DNA of 64,000 bases from an uncultured Gemmatimonadales bacterium (GCA_963741945.1 CAVUKA010000005.1:448001-512000); one strand, 5' to 3'; positions 48,437-58,593 are shown, counted from the stretch's first letter. Notes: generated from the sequence alone by a model not told the origin. Made by a program: numbers and translations.

Positions 48437-50196
48437 TGAGCATCGCCGGATCGAAGCTGGTGGTTGCTGCGCTGGAGGACGAGGGCGTTCCGTTCACGTT
48501 CGGGATCCCTGGCACGCACAACATCGAGCTGTACGATGCCCTTGCCGAGTCCAGCTCGGTGCGGCCGATCCTGGTCACCGACGAGCAGAGCGCGTCCTTC
48601 ATGGCGGATGGGGTCTGGCGCGCCTCCGGGCGGCTCGGGTGCGTCAACGTCGTGCCGGGAGCCGGGCTCACGCATGCGATGTCCGGGATCGCCGAAGCGT
48701 GGATGGACTCCATTCCCATGCTCGTCCTGGGGTGCGGCATCCGGGGCGACACCGGGCATGGCTACCAGCTCCACGATGTCGACCAGGCCGCGATGGTGGC
48801 GCCCGTCACGAAAGCACAGCTGCGTCCGGAGTCCGGGGAAGCGCTCTACTCCACGGTGCGGGAGGCGTGCCGCCTCGCCCGCACCGGCGTGCCCGGCCCG
48901 GTTTTCGTGGAAGTCCCCGCCGACCTGTACCTGTTCACCCACGATGTCCGCCTCGGCGAGCAGCGGTCTCTGTTCCACGCGGGCGCGCCACGGCGGGCCG
49001 TGCCGGAGCCGGACGCGGCGGCCGTGGAGCGGGCGGTGGCGCTCCTCGCCCGCGCTCGCCAGCCACTCCTCTATCTCGGTCTGGGCGCCCTCCCCGCCGG
49101 TGACGACATCCTGGCGCTGGCCGAGCGGCTGGAAGCCCCCGTGGCCACCACCTTCCAGGGCAAGGGAGTCTTTCCCGAGACCCACCCCCTCTTCCTGTGG
49201 CCCGGCTTCGGCGACGCCGCGCCGCCGTTCGCGCGGAGGATCGCCGCCGACTGCGACGCCGTGCTGGCGATCGGGTGTCGATTCGGAGAGGTGGGCACCG
49301 GCAGCTACGGCCTGACGCTGCCGGGGCCGCTCGTGCACGTGGACGTGGACGCCGCCGTGCTCGGCCGCAACTACCCTGCGGAGATCGGGATCCACGCCGA
49401 CTCCGCGGCCACCGTGGCCGCGCTGCTGGGCGCGCTCCCCGAGCGCCCGGTGAGCCGGGATCTGCGACGTCGCATCGCGGCCGGACACCGGGAAGTCGAT
49501 GCCGCCTGGGCCGGCACCCTCACCGACCGCATCCGGCCGTTCGCGCTGCTGCGCGCGCTGCACGCCCGCTTCGGCCCCGGCACGACGTTCACTTCCGACA
49601 GCGGGAACGGCACCTTCCTCGCCATGGAGATCCTGCGCCTGGACGGACCCCGACAGTTCCTCGCACCGGTGGACTACTCGTGCATGGGCTATTCGGTCCC
49701 GGCCGCCATCGGCGCCAAGCTGGCGGCGCCCGATCGGCCCGTGGTTGCGCTGGCGGGCGATGGCGCCTTCCTCATGACGGGCCTCGAGATCCTCACGGCC
49801 CGAAACTACGGCGTGCCCGTGGCCATTTTCGTGCTCCGGGACAGGGAGCTGGCCCAGATCGCGCAATTCCAGGAGACGGCGCTGAACCGCAAGACGGCCA
49901 GCCGCGTGCACGACTACGAGCTGGGCGGCCTCTGTGAGGCGTTCGGACAGCTCGGCTGCTGTCTCAAGCTCAACACGGAAGCGGAGATCCCCGACGTGCT
50001 GGACCAGGTGGCCGCGGCGCTGGATGCGGGTCGGCCCGCGCTGGTGGACGTGGCCATCGACTACTCGGAGAAGACGTACTTCACCCGCGGCGTGGTGAAG
50101 ACCAATCTCCGGCGTCTCCCGTGGGCCGATCGGCTCCGGTTCATCGGCCGCGCGGTCGGCCGCCGCGTCCTGGGCGGCCAGGGTCCGGGCGGCTAG
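48436..50196 (+). CDS. Thiamine-pyrophosphate-binding enzyme (acetolactate synthase-like)
   Basis: FGIPGTHN, DEQSASFMADG, PGPVFVEVP, MGYSVPAAIGAK, GDGAF; TGATG overlap. Confidence 0.92.
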   Translation: MSIAGSKLVVAALEDEGVPFTFGIPGTHNIELYDALAESSSVRPILVTDEQSASFMADGVWRASGRLGCVNVVPGAGLTHAMSGIAEAWMDSIPMLVLGCGIRGDTGHGYQLHDVDQAAMVAPVTKAQLRPESGEALYSTVREACRLARTGVPGPVFVEVPADLYLFTHDVRLGEQRSLFHAGAPRRAVPEPDAAAVERAVALLARARQPLLYLGLGALPAGDDILALAERLEAPVATTFQGKGVFPETHPLFLWPGFGDAAPPFARRIAADCDAVLAIGCRFGEVGTGSYGLTLPGPLVHVDVDAAVLGRNYPAEIGIHADSAATVAALLGALPERPVSRDLRRRIAAGHREVDAAWAGTLTDRIRPFALLRALHARFGPGTTFTSDSGNGTFLAMEILRLDGPRQFLAPVDYSCMGYSVPAAIGAKLAAPDRPVVALAGDGAFLMTGLEILTARNYGVPVAIFVLRDRELAQIAQFQETALNRKTASRVHDYELGGLCEAFGQLGCCLKLNTEAEIPDVLDQVAAALDAGRPALVDVAIDYSEKTYFTRGVVKTNLRRLPWADRLRFIGRAVGRRVLGGQGPGG

Positions 50197-50254
50197 GGTC
50201 CGGGCGGCCAGGGTCCGGGCGGCCAGGGTCCGGGCGGCCAGGGTCCGGGCGGCC
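50172..50254. repeat. 15-bp tandem repeat GGGCGGCCAGGGTCC x5.5
   Basis: Units start at 50172, 50187 (CTAG variant), 50202, 50217, 50232, plus a partial unit at 50247. Confidence 0.95.
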
Positions 50255-51284
50255 CGTCGAGAACGGCCCGCGCCGCCACGGCGATGCGCTGCTGCGCCAC
50301 CGGGAGTGCCCAGTCGTCCAGGGCGTGCAGCGGCACCCACGCGCTGGCCTCCGGCTCCGGCCGGGCTCCGGCCGTCGAACCGGGGTCCACGCGGAACAGG
50401 GTGGGCAGGTAGATCACTCGCACATGGCTGAAGACATGGCGCACGGGCGCGAGCTCCCGTACAGGCTCGCCCCGGTCCACCATCTCCCGGACCCAGGCAT
50501 GATCGGCGGGCGAGGGGAACTCCCACATCCTGGCGAGCAGACCGGTGGCCGGGCGCCGGACCAGCATCACGGCGCCATCGCCGCGCACCGGCACCGCCAC
50601 TTCGACGGTTCGCTCCGGCAGCGGCGCCCGCTTCGTCGGAAGGGGCCGCTGTTCCTGCACCCCGGCCTCCCGGGCCCTGCACCATTCCGCGATCGGGCAC
50701 TCGCCGCACGCGGGTGCTCTCGGTGTGCAGATGGTGGCGCCAAGCTCCATGAGCGCCTGGTTGAAGTCCCCGGGCCGGACATCCGGCACGAGCCGTGAAG
50801 CCAGGCGGCGAAGCTCGGCGGCTGTGGGGGACGGGATGTCGTGGAGTCGGCTCAGGACGCGCCGGACGTTCCCGTCCACGGCCGGTACGGCCACCGCGTG
50901 CGCGATGCTGGCCACTGCGCCAGCCGTGTATTCCCCGACTCCGGGCAGCTCGCGGAGTGCCGCCAGGTCCGCCGGCACCGACCCCCGGTGCCGCTCACGG
51001 ACGAGCCTCGCCGCCGCGTGCAGGTTGCGGGCGCGGGAATAGTAGCCGAGCCCCTTCCAGGCGAGCAGGACGTCGTCCACGTCGGCCTCGGCCAGGTGGT
51101 CGATCGTGGGAAAGCGGTCCATCCATGCCAGATAGTAGTCGCGCACCGTGTCCACACGCGTCTGCTGGAGCATCACCTCGCTGACCAGGATGGCGTACGG
51201 ATCCGTGGTGTCGCGCCACGGCAGCTCCCGCCGGTGGACGTCGAAATGGGCCAGAAGCGCAGCGGCGATCGGGTGGGTGGACAC
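50193..51284 (-). CDS. mutY: A/G-specific adenine glycosylase
   Basis: RELPWR, SEVMLQQT, WKGLGYYSRARNL, LPGVGEYTA, VDGNV, CTPRAPACGECPIAEWC, HVFSH. Confidence 0.96.
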   Translation of the reverse strand: MSTHPIAAALLAHFDVHRRELPWRDTTDPYAILVSEVMLQQTRVDTVRDYYLAWMDRFPTIDHLAEADVDDVLLAWKGLGYYSRARNLHAAARLVRERHRGSVPADLAALRELPGVGEYTAGAVASIAHAVAVPAVDGNVRRVLSRLHDIPSPTAAELRRLASRLVPDVRPGDFNQALMELGATICTPRAPACGECPIAEWCRAREAGVQEQRPLPTKRAPLPERTVEVAVPVRGDGAVMLVRRPATGLLARMWEFPSPADHAWVREMVDRGEPVRELAPVRHVFSHVRVIYLPTLFRVDPGSTAGARPEPEASAWVPLHALDDWALPVAQQRIAVAARAVLDGPPGPWPPGPWPPGPWPPGP

Positions 51285-51390
51285 GACCGGAGGGTAAGGG
51301 TGGGGCGAGGGTGTGTCCAGCGGGCGCGGGGATTGCGCTCTGTCCGCGCTTCCGTGAGCGTTCTTCAGCCCCTCTCACCGGCGAAACCCC

Positions 51391-52683
51391 ATGCGATTGA
51401 CCACCTACAGCAAGTACAAGGGCAGCTGGCTGGACGCCCTCAACCTGGAATCGCTCCTGGAGCGGCTCAGTGATTTTCTGCTCCAGTCCGGGTTCGCGGG
51501 CGGGCCGGAAGACCAGCCGTGGTGGGCGTGGGAGGATCCGCCGGGCGACGACCGCTCGCTGGAATCGCTGAAGGAGGCGCTGCTGCGCGCGCTCATGGCC
51601 AGCGGGCAGCTGACGCCGGAGATGCTGGAGGAGCTCCGGGGTGAGGGCCCGGGCTCGGCGGAGGTGCGGGAGGAGATCGCCCAGCTGCTGGACGACCTCG
51701 TCCGGAAGCTGGTGGAGGAAGGCTACCTGACGCTTTCCGAGGGCACGGGAATGCCGTCGTCGTTCGAGGAGATGGAGGGGACCGGGAAGATCGACGATGC
51801 GGCGAAGGCAGCCCGCCAGGTGGAGTTCGACCTCACGGGCAAGGGGCTGGACTTTCTGGGATACCGTACCCTCCGCGACCTGCTGGGTGCGCTGGGCAAG
51901 TCGAGCCTGGGGAGCCACGAGACCGCGCACCTGGCCACGGGGGTGGAAGCGGAGGCGGCCTCGCGCCCATACCGGTTCGGCGACACCATGAACCTCGACA
52001 TCCCGGCCACGCTGAAGAGTGCCATGGCGCGGGAAGGGATTGGCGTCCCGCTGGACCTCCGCTACGAGGACCTGATGGTTCACCAGGCCGAGTATCGGAG
52101 CTCGTGCGCGACGGTGCTGATGCTCGACATAAGCCACAGCATGATCCTGTACGGCGAGGACCGGTTCACGCCCGCAAAGAAGGTGGCGCTGGCGCTGAGT
52201 CACCTGATCCGGACGCAATACCCCGGCGATACGCTGCGGGTGGTCACGTTCGGCGACCGGGCGGAGGAGGTCCCGCTCAAGAGCGTGGCCCGGGCGCAGG
52301 TCGGGCCCTATCACACGAACACGGCCGAGGGGCTGAAGCTGGCTCGCCGCATCCTTCAGGGGCAGAAGAAGGACATGCGGCAGATCGTCATGATCACCGA
52401 CGGCAAGCCGAGCGCCGTGACCATGCCCGATGGCCGCATCTACAAGAACCCGGCGGGCCTCGATCCGTTCGTGCTCCGGGAGACGTTCCGCGAGGTGGCC
52501 GCCTGCAGGAAGGGCGGGATGGTGATCAACACGTTCATGCTCGCCCGCGATGCCGCTCTGATGCAGTTCGTGGCCAAAGTGAGCGAAATGGCGCGCGGCC
52601 GCGCATACTTCACCAGCACCATGACGCTCGGGCAGTACGTGATGCGCGACTTCCTCCGGGGGCGCACGAAACGGCTCGGCTGA
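51391..52683 (+). CDS. VWA-domain protein (Rv0959-like)
   Basis: YRFGD, MIDAS motif DISHS, TNTAEGL, ITDGKPS. Confidence 0.88.
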   Translation: MRLTTYSKYKGSWLDALNLESLLERLSDFLLQSGFAGGPEDQPWWAWEDPPGDDRSLESLKEALLRALMASGQLTPEMLEELRGEGPGSAEVREEIAQLLDDLVRKLVEEGYLTLSEGTGMPSSFEEMEGTGKIDDAAKAARQVEFDLTGKGLDFLGYRTLRDLLGALGKSSLGSHETAHLATGVEAEAASRPYRFGDTMNLDIPATLKSAMAREGIGVPLDLRYEDLMVHQAEYRSSCATVLMLDISHSMILYGEDRFTPAKKVALALSHLIRTQYPGDTLRVVTFGDRAEEVPLKSVARAQVGPYHTNTAEGLKLARRILQGQKKDMRQIVMITDGKPSAVTMPDGRIYKNPAGLDPFVLRETFREVAACRKGGMVINTFMLARDAALMQFVAKVSEMARGRAYFTSTMTLGQYVMRDFLRGRTKRLG

Positions 52684-52821
52684 AGCGATCCCGCAAGGCG
52701 ACGACTGGCCGACCCGGGGGTTCTGGCCGGTCGCGCTCCCGGGCCGTTGCGGACGACACCGCCCCCTCGCACCTTACCGACCGCGAAGCCCCGCCCGGCA
52801 TCAACGCTCCCGAGGAGCGCC

Positions 52822-54942
52822 ATGCATAGATTCCGTCCGCATCACACGGGCGCGCCGGGGCTCATCGCCCTGGCTGCCACCCTGGCCCTCTGCCTGCCGC
52901 TCCACGCGCAGGCACCCGACAGCCTCCGGCCGGACACCGTCTACCGGATCGAGCCCATCGCCATCCGGGCCGTGCGCCCGTCCACCACTGCGGGTGGCGT
53001 CAGCGCCGTGGTCATGCGCATGGACTCGGTCCGCTTCCGAACGGCCCCGCTCCTGGAGGACGTGCTTCGCGCGCTGCCGCTCGTGCAGGTACGGGCCAAC
53101 TCGCGCGGGGAAGCCCAGCTCGCCATCCGCGGCGCGGACGAGCGACAGGTGGCCATCCTGCTCGACGGGGTCCCGCTCACCCTTGGCTGGGACCACCGCA
53201 CCGACCTCTCGGTCGTACCGGTCACCGGAGCGCAGCGGATCCAGCTCATCCGCGGCCTTTCCAGCGTGCTGCACGGCCCCAACGTCCTGGGGGGCGCGGT
53301 GGAGGTGGAGATGGCCGCACCCGATGTGCACGCGCCACCCATCCGCGCCTCTGTGGGCGTGGAAGACAATGGCGGATACGCCTTCGCCGCCCAGACGGGC
53401 GGAGCGCTCGACGCGGGCGCCGGCACGCTGGCGCTCCGGGCGGGCATGGGGCGACGGTGGCGGCCGGGGATCGCGTCGCCCGCAGGGGCGACGGCCGTCT
53501 ACCCCGCCCTCTCCGCTGACGAGCTCCGGGTGAACAGCGATCTGTCACACACCGACGGCTTCCTGTCCGCGCGCTACGGCGGCGCCAGTGGACCGTGGGT
53601 TGCCGGAACGGCGTCGGCGTTCACGGCGGTACGCGGCGTCCCGCCGGAGCTGCACGAGGCCGGGCCACGTCTCTGGCGCTATCCCGAGCTCTGGCGGGCC
53701 GTGGGCATCCTCTCCGCTGGCACCGGGGGAATCGAGAGCTCGCTCGGCACTGCGGACATCCGCTTCAGCGCCGGCGTGGACCGCGGCGCGATGCGCATCG
53801 ACGGGTTCGCTCTCCCGGCGCAACCCGAGCGCGCGACACTGCCGTCCGACTCGTTCTTCTCCACGCTGGATGAGCGGGAGGTCGATGATGACCTCACGGT
53901 GACCACCCGACTCCTGGCGGAGCAACGGCTGGGCAGCGGGACGGCTGTCCGGGCCGCCATCACCTACGCCGACATCCAGCACGATGAAGTCATATCCACC
54001 TCCCTTGCCGGCGGCGACCCGGCCCGGGAGGCGGGCGGATACCGCCAGCGGTTGTGGAGCGCGGGAACGGAGGTCGACCTGCCCTTCTCGCTGGGCGAAT
54101 CCTCCGCGCTCAGCGGCGGGCGCATGAGCGCGGGCGTGGTCCTGGACGGTGGCGACACACCGCGCACCGGCGGCGCCGGCCCCGGCCTCGCCGTGCGGGA
54201 ATGGGGCGGCCGCATCGGCGTGAGCGTCGGGTCGCGCGGCGGGGCCGTCCTGCTGCACGCCGCCGCGAGCCGTCGCGGCCGCTTCCCGGCCCTGCGCGAG
54301 ATGTACTCGACGGCGCTCGGCAAGTTCGAGCCGAATCCGGGATTGCAGCCGGAGATCCTGACCGCCATCGAGGGCGGGTTCACCGCGCGCGTGGGGCCGT
54401 ACGACGTGCAGGCCGTGGGATTCCATCAGCGGCTGGCGGACGCCATCGTCCGCGGCGCCGCCCCCGCCGGGTCCAGCGCGCGGTACATGCGCGTGAACCG
54501 GGACCAGGTGCGCAGCACGGGGCTGGAGATCCTGGCCGGCTACGCGCACCGGCGCTTCGCCCTGGAGACGGAGCTCACGCTCCAGGACGTGCGGGCCATC
54601 GCCGCTGGCGGCCGCGCCGTTCGGGCCGAGTACGAGCCCGAAGTGGCTGCCGGGATCGGTGGCACCGCCCCGCTGCCCGCGGGGCTCGAGCTCGGTGCCG
54701 AGCTGGAATATCGGGGCCAGCAATACTGCGTGGCGCCGTATCCGGGGGAGGAGAACTACGTCGCGCTGGACCCGGATACGCGCGTCGATGTCCAGCTCGC
54801 CCGCACCTTCCGGCTCCCGCGCTCGGGCCGACACCTGGGGATGGAGCTGGCGGTGGACAACGTGGCCGACTCCGCCGTGTACGACCAGTGCGGCCTGCCG
54901 CAGGCGGGGCGAACGTTGAGGCTGCAGCTGCGGGTGAACTAG
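52822..54942 (+). CDS. TonB-dependent receptor
   Basis: Signal peptide, plug motifs IRG..ILLDGVP and SVLHGPNVLGG, NPGLQPE, VDNVAD, GRTLRLQL. Confidence 0.88.
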   Translation: MHRFRPHHTGAPGLIALAATLALCLPLHAQAPDSLRPDTVYRIEPIAIRAVRPSTTAGGVSAVVMRMDSVRFRTAPLLEDVLRALPLVQVRANSRGEAQLAIRGADERQVAILLDGVPLTLGWDHRTDLSVVPVTGAQRIQLIRGLSSVLHGPNVLGGAVEVEMAAPDVHAPPIRASVGVEDNGGYAFAAQTGGALDAGAGTLALRAGMGRRWRPGIASPAGATAVYPALSADELRVNSDLSHTDGFLSARYGGASGPWVAGTASAFTAVRGVPPELHEAGPRLWRYPELWRAVGILSAGTGGIESSLGTADIRFSAGVDRGAMRIDGFALPAQPERATLPSDSFFSTLDEREVDDDLTVTTRLLAEQRLGSGTAVRAAITYADIQHDEVISTSLAGGDPAREAGGYRQRLWSAGTEVDLPFSLGESSALSGGRMSAGVVLDGGDTPRTGGAGPGLAVREWGGRIGVSVGSRGGAVLLHAAASRRGRFPALREMYSTALGKFEPNPGLQPEILTAIEGGFTARVGPYDVQAVGFHQRLADAIVRGAAPAGSSARYMRVNRDQVRSTGLEILAGYAHRRFALETELTLQDVRAIAAGGRAVRAEYEPEVAAGIGGTAPLPAGLELGAELEYRGQQYCVAPYPGEENYVALDPDTRVDVQLARTFRLPRSGRHLGMELAVDNVADSAVYDQCGLPQAGRTLRLQLRVN

Positions 54943-54986
54943 CGGGGCGGCGCCGCGACGCCGCGCCTGGTGGTGGGGAGCGTCGC

Positions 54987-56585
54987 CTACCGGGCCGGCG
55001 GCAGCGACGTGATCCGCGCGACGAGGGAGCTGTCATCCGGGAACTGGCCGGCCGCAGGCAGCCGCCGGAGCAGCTCCTTCCAGTTCTCGTCCTGCGCGAA
55101 CGCCCGCCGGAACAGGGGGAGCGATTCCTCGACCCGGCCGAGGCTGGCCAGCGTGACGGCGTGCCAGAACGCCATCTCGCCATTGCTGGCGGAGTCCGGG
55201 ACCATGGCCTCGGCCGCGGCGTACTCCTCCAGCGCGCGCGCCACGTCCCCCTCCGTCATGGCGGCATCACCCGCATTCATCCGGGCATAGGCCCGCGAGA
55301 GCGTGACCAGGCGACGGAGCTCCCGCACCGGATGCGGATTGTCCTCGACCCGGAGGTCCACGACTCGACCCTGCCAGGGCATGAGCGTCGCGTCACCGCT
55401 CACCACGAGGATGGCCGCCGACTGGCTCCCCCGGATGTCGCCCCCCTCCGCCTGCGCGGCTTCCAGGGCGGCGAGCAGTCGCTCGGTCAGGTCGCCATCC
55501 GTGGTCCGGTACGCCTTGGCCATGGCCGCCGGCACGGTGCTCTTCAGCATCATGTTGGACTGGACGGAGAAGCCGTCGCCCGTGATGTGACTGGCGTGCT
55601 GGATGTCCGATGCCCCCGTGTGCGCCGCCACGCGGCCCTGGGCGTCCACCATGGCCACCTGCCGGACCTCGGGGTGCTCGTCGGCGGCGAGGAGCGCCGC
55701 CAGCGCCTGGTCCGCGGTCCTGCCCGCACGCATCAGGTCGAGACCGAGCGGCCCGTACGACGACTCGATGAACGACTGCGTGGCCACCGCGCCGACGCCG
55801 GGGGCCGCCCACGGAACGAGCGGACCCACGCTGAACCAGTGCGATTGCACCGCGACCCCGAGCTCACCAGAGTCGGGGTCGCGTGCGACGATCGAGAACG
55901 TGTGGACCGGCCGTCCCAGGTCCGGGCGGCCGGAGGTGGCGGCCACGCCGCCACCTCCTTCCGCTGCCGCCCCGGCCGGCGGGGCTGCTTCCGCCGACTG
56001 GGCCCGGTAGACCCAGGTGTACTCGAACGGACCCTTCAGCTTGTCGCTGAAGAGCGTGACGTGGAGCTGCAGCAGCCCGTCCGGGCGCAGCGTGTAGACC
56101 ATCTGCTTGTCGCCGTCTTCCGAATGGAAGAACTGGTCGATCACCCCGGGCGACAGCTCCGTCTTCACCTGCACCACTTCCCCGTCCTCCCGCGTGTACG
56201 GGGCGAACTCACCGTTCCGGAGCGACACGACCGGCGGCTCGTCCGCCCGCAGCGACATGTACACACTGTCCGGCGGATACTTGATGATGATCCGGTCGAT
56301 GGGCTTGTTCGCGTTGCGGAGCCGTCCGCCGGCGATCCCGCGGATGGCGAAGAACATGTGATGCACCGCCTCCTTCACCAGAGGACCGATATCGTCGCTC
56401 TCCTCCGGGACGAAGACGTATGTGCCCGCGGGAATCGGGACCGAGTCCGCCGCGTGCGGCACCGGCGCCACAGCGTTCGCGGCGGGTGGTGGCGGCGGTG
56501 CAGTGTCGACCTGTGCGGCCGCGGTCACGGGCACTCCGGCGATGAGCAGGAGCGCGACGGCCGGCAGCCATCTGGATCGGGCCAT
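54987..56585 (-). CDS. Secreted DUF1028 (Ntn-hydrolase-like) protein with extra N-terminal domain and C-terminal TPR
   Basis: HTFSIVARD, GVAVQS, GAVATQ, GGDIRG.QSAA, DLRVED; signal peptide; ATG at 56585. Confidence 0.85.
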   Translation of the reverse strand: MARSRWLPAVALLLIAGVPVTAAAQVDTAPPPPPAANAVAPVPHAADSVPIPAGTYVFVPEESDDIGPLVKEAVHHMFFAIRGIAGGRLRNANKPIDRIIIKYPPDSVYMSLRADEPPVVSLRNGEFAPYTREDGEVVQVKTELSPGVIDQFFHSEDGDKQMVYTLRPDGLLQLHVTLFSDKLKGPFEYTWVYRAQSAEAAPPAGAAAEGGGGVAATSGRPDLGRPVHTFSIVARDPDSGELGVAVQSHWFSVGPLVPWAAPGVGAVATQSFIESSYGPLGLDLMRAGRTADQALAALLAADEHPEVRQVAMVDAQGRVAAHTGASDIQHASHITGDGFSVQSNMMLKSTVPAAMAKAYRTTDGDLTERLLAALEAAQAEGGDIRGSQSAAILVVSGDATLMPWQGRVVDLRVEDNPHPVRELRRLVTLSRAYARMNAGDAAMTEGDVARALEEYAAAEAMVPDSASNGEMAFWHAVTLASLGRVEESLPLFRRAFAQDENWKELLRRLPAAGQFPDDSSLVARITSLPPAR

Positions 56586-56820
56586 GGCGATTACCCTTTT
56601 CTGGATGTAAGTCGAAGGAGCGAACCACAGTATGCCGATCAGGGCCCGCTGGTTCCATGGCCGCCGGAGAAGCGTGGGAAGGAACGGGCCGGACCGGAGA
56701 CGATGCGGAGCACGGCACGACCTGCGCAAGGGGCGGCAGGCAGCGCTCTCGCAGGAGTGCTATATTATTCGCCGCCGGCCGCCGGGCCGGATCACGTGAT
56801 CTTGACAACGAGGGTGAGGC

Positions 56821-58575
56821 ATGGTGGAGCGTTTCGAGGAGCTCGGCATCGCCACGGAAGTGGCTGCCGGAGCGGAGCGCATGGGATGGCGAGCGCCGAC
56901 GGGGCTGCAGGCGGCGGCGATCCCGGTGATCCGCAGGGGAAACAACGTGATGCTGCACGCGTCCACGGGCGCGGGAGTCACGGGCGCCTACGGGCTCGGC
57001 ATCCTCGACCGCCTTGCCGGCGAGCCGGCGGCCGATTCGCCGCGCGTGCTCGTCCTCACCCCCGACTCCGACGACGCCTCCTCGGTGGCCGACCAGCTCG
57101 CGCGCCTCGCTGCGCCCGCCGCCATCGAGGTGCGCGCGGCGAGCGCCGGCTGGCCGGAGCGCCCCGCCCACATCCTCGTCACAGCCGTCGCGGAGGCCGT
57201 CGCGGCGCTGCGCGCCTCCGCCCTCAAGCTGGACGGAGTGGTCTCGCTCGTGCTGGTCGCCGCCGACCGGCTCCTGGACCTGGAGGGCGGGTCGTCTCTC
57301 GAAACGGTGCTGGAAGCGGTGCCGGCCTCCGCTCAGCGGGTGGTGGTGGCGGGTCGGCTCGACCAGCAGATCGAAGACCTGGTCGAGCGCCACGCCAGGC
57401 GCGCCCTCACGATCCCGTCGCGCCCCGCGGATGAGGAAGCGGAAGCGTGGGAGCCGACGGCGACGGTCCATTTCGTCGTGATCCCCGAGGCCGGGAAGGC
57501 GAGCGCGGCCGCGCATCTCCTCAGTGGAGTCACGGGCGGAGAGACCGCCGTGGTCTGCCGGTCCATCGACCGCGCCGCGCGCATCGCGCCATCGCTTGCC
57601 GGTCGGGGCGTGGCCGTCCAGGGCGAGGGACCGGACAGCCCGGACGCCCGCGTGCGCGTCCTGCCATGGCAGGACGCGGACCAGCGCTCCACCCGCGCCG
57701 ACGTCCTCTCCTACGATGTCCCATTCGATGCGGAGAGCCTCGCGGCACTTCACGGCCGCGGTGGGAGCGTGCTCGTGACGCCGCGCGAGCTGGCCCACCT
57801 GCGCCTCACGGCGCGCCGCGCCCGTGTCAAGCTGAAGCCGGTGAAGCTTCCCGAGTCCGGCGGCATGGACGCCGCGACAGCGCTCCGCGAGCGGCTCCGG
57901 TCCGCCATCCGGGAGGTGGATCTGGCCGCAGAGCTGGCGTTGATCGAGCCGCTCCTGGCCGACATCTCGGCCATTGAAGTGGCCGCCGCTGCCGTCCACC
58001 TCGCCCGTACCACACGCCCCGCCCCGGAGGCGCAGGGCGCGCGCGCCGGCGAGGGCGCAGAGGGTGCGCGCGCGACTGGCGGCGCCAGCCGCCCCGGGGC
58101 GGGCGCTCCGCCGCCGCCCACCACGTGGACCCGCCTCTTCGTGAGCGCCGGCACGCGGGATGGCGTCGGTCCCGGCGACCTCGTGGGCGCCATCGCCGGG
58201 GATGCCGGGATCCCCGGTGACCAGGTGGGGAAGATCGAAGTACGGGAGTCGCACAGCACCGTGGAAGTGCCTGCAGCGCTCGCGGCGACAGTCATCCAGG
58301 CGTTGAACGGTCGCAGTATGCGAGGCCGGAGCCTGCGCGTGGACTATGACCGGAAGGACCGACCGCAGGGGCGAGGCAGTGCGGCCGGCGCGGGGGACCG
58401 GAGCACGGGGGGCAGGACGGGCGCGCCACGCGGAGGCGCTGACCGGCGCACTTCCCGCGGAGCCGGCGGATCCGCCCCTCCCGGCCGTGGTCCTGGCCGC
58501 GGATCGCCGGGCCGCGGATCACGCGGGGGCGGATCACCCGACCGGGGATCGCGCGGGGGCGGATCGTCGTCCTGA
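56821..58575 (+). CDS. Degenerate DEAD-box-helicase-like protein with DbpA RNA-binding domain and Arg/Gly-rich tail
   Basis: Q motif PTGLQ retained; motif I ASTGAGVT, motif II VAAD; DbpA domain RLFVSAG..DLVGAI..VGKIEV. Confidence 0.85.
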   Translation: MVERFEELGIATEVAAGAERMGWRAPTGLQAAAIPVIRRGNNVMLHASTGAGVTGAYGLGILDRLAGEPAADSPRVLVLTPDSDDASSVADQLARLAAPAAIEVRAASAGWPERPAHILVTAVAEAVAALRASALKLDGVVSLVLVAADRLLDLEGGSSLETVLEAVPASAQRVVVAGRLDQQIEDLVERHARRALTIPSRPADEEAEAWEPTATVHFVVIPEAGKASAAAHLLSGVTGGETAVVCRSIDRAARIAPSLAGRGVAVQGEGPDSPDARVRVLPWQDADQRSTRADVLSYDVPFDAESLAALHGRGGSVLVTPRELAHLRLTARRARVKLKPVKLPESGGMDAATALRERLRSAIREVDLAAELALIEPLLADISAIEVAAAAVHLARTTRPAPEAQGARAGEGAEGARATGGASRPGAGAPPPPTTWTRLFVSAGTRDGVGPGDLVGAIAGDAGIPGDQVGKIEVRESHSTVEVPAALAATVIQALNGRSMRGRSLRVDYDRKDRPQGRGSAAGAGDRSTGGRTGAPRGGADRRTSRGAGGSAPPGRGPGRGSPGRGSRGGGSPDRGSRGGGSSS

Positions 58576-58593
58576 GCGGCCAATCGCGGAAGC

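Noticed and set aside
50172-50254. CRISPR array
   Set aside because: Contiguous 15-bp units with no spacers and no cas genes
54054-57434. Very long alternative-frame ORFs (1126 aa here; also 32100-35093, 48007-50709, 56209-58254 and many others)
   Set aside because: Shadow ORFs typical of high-GC DNA; Arg/Pro/Gly-rich, motif-free and overlapping well-supported genes
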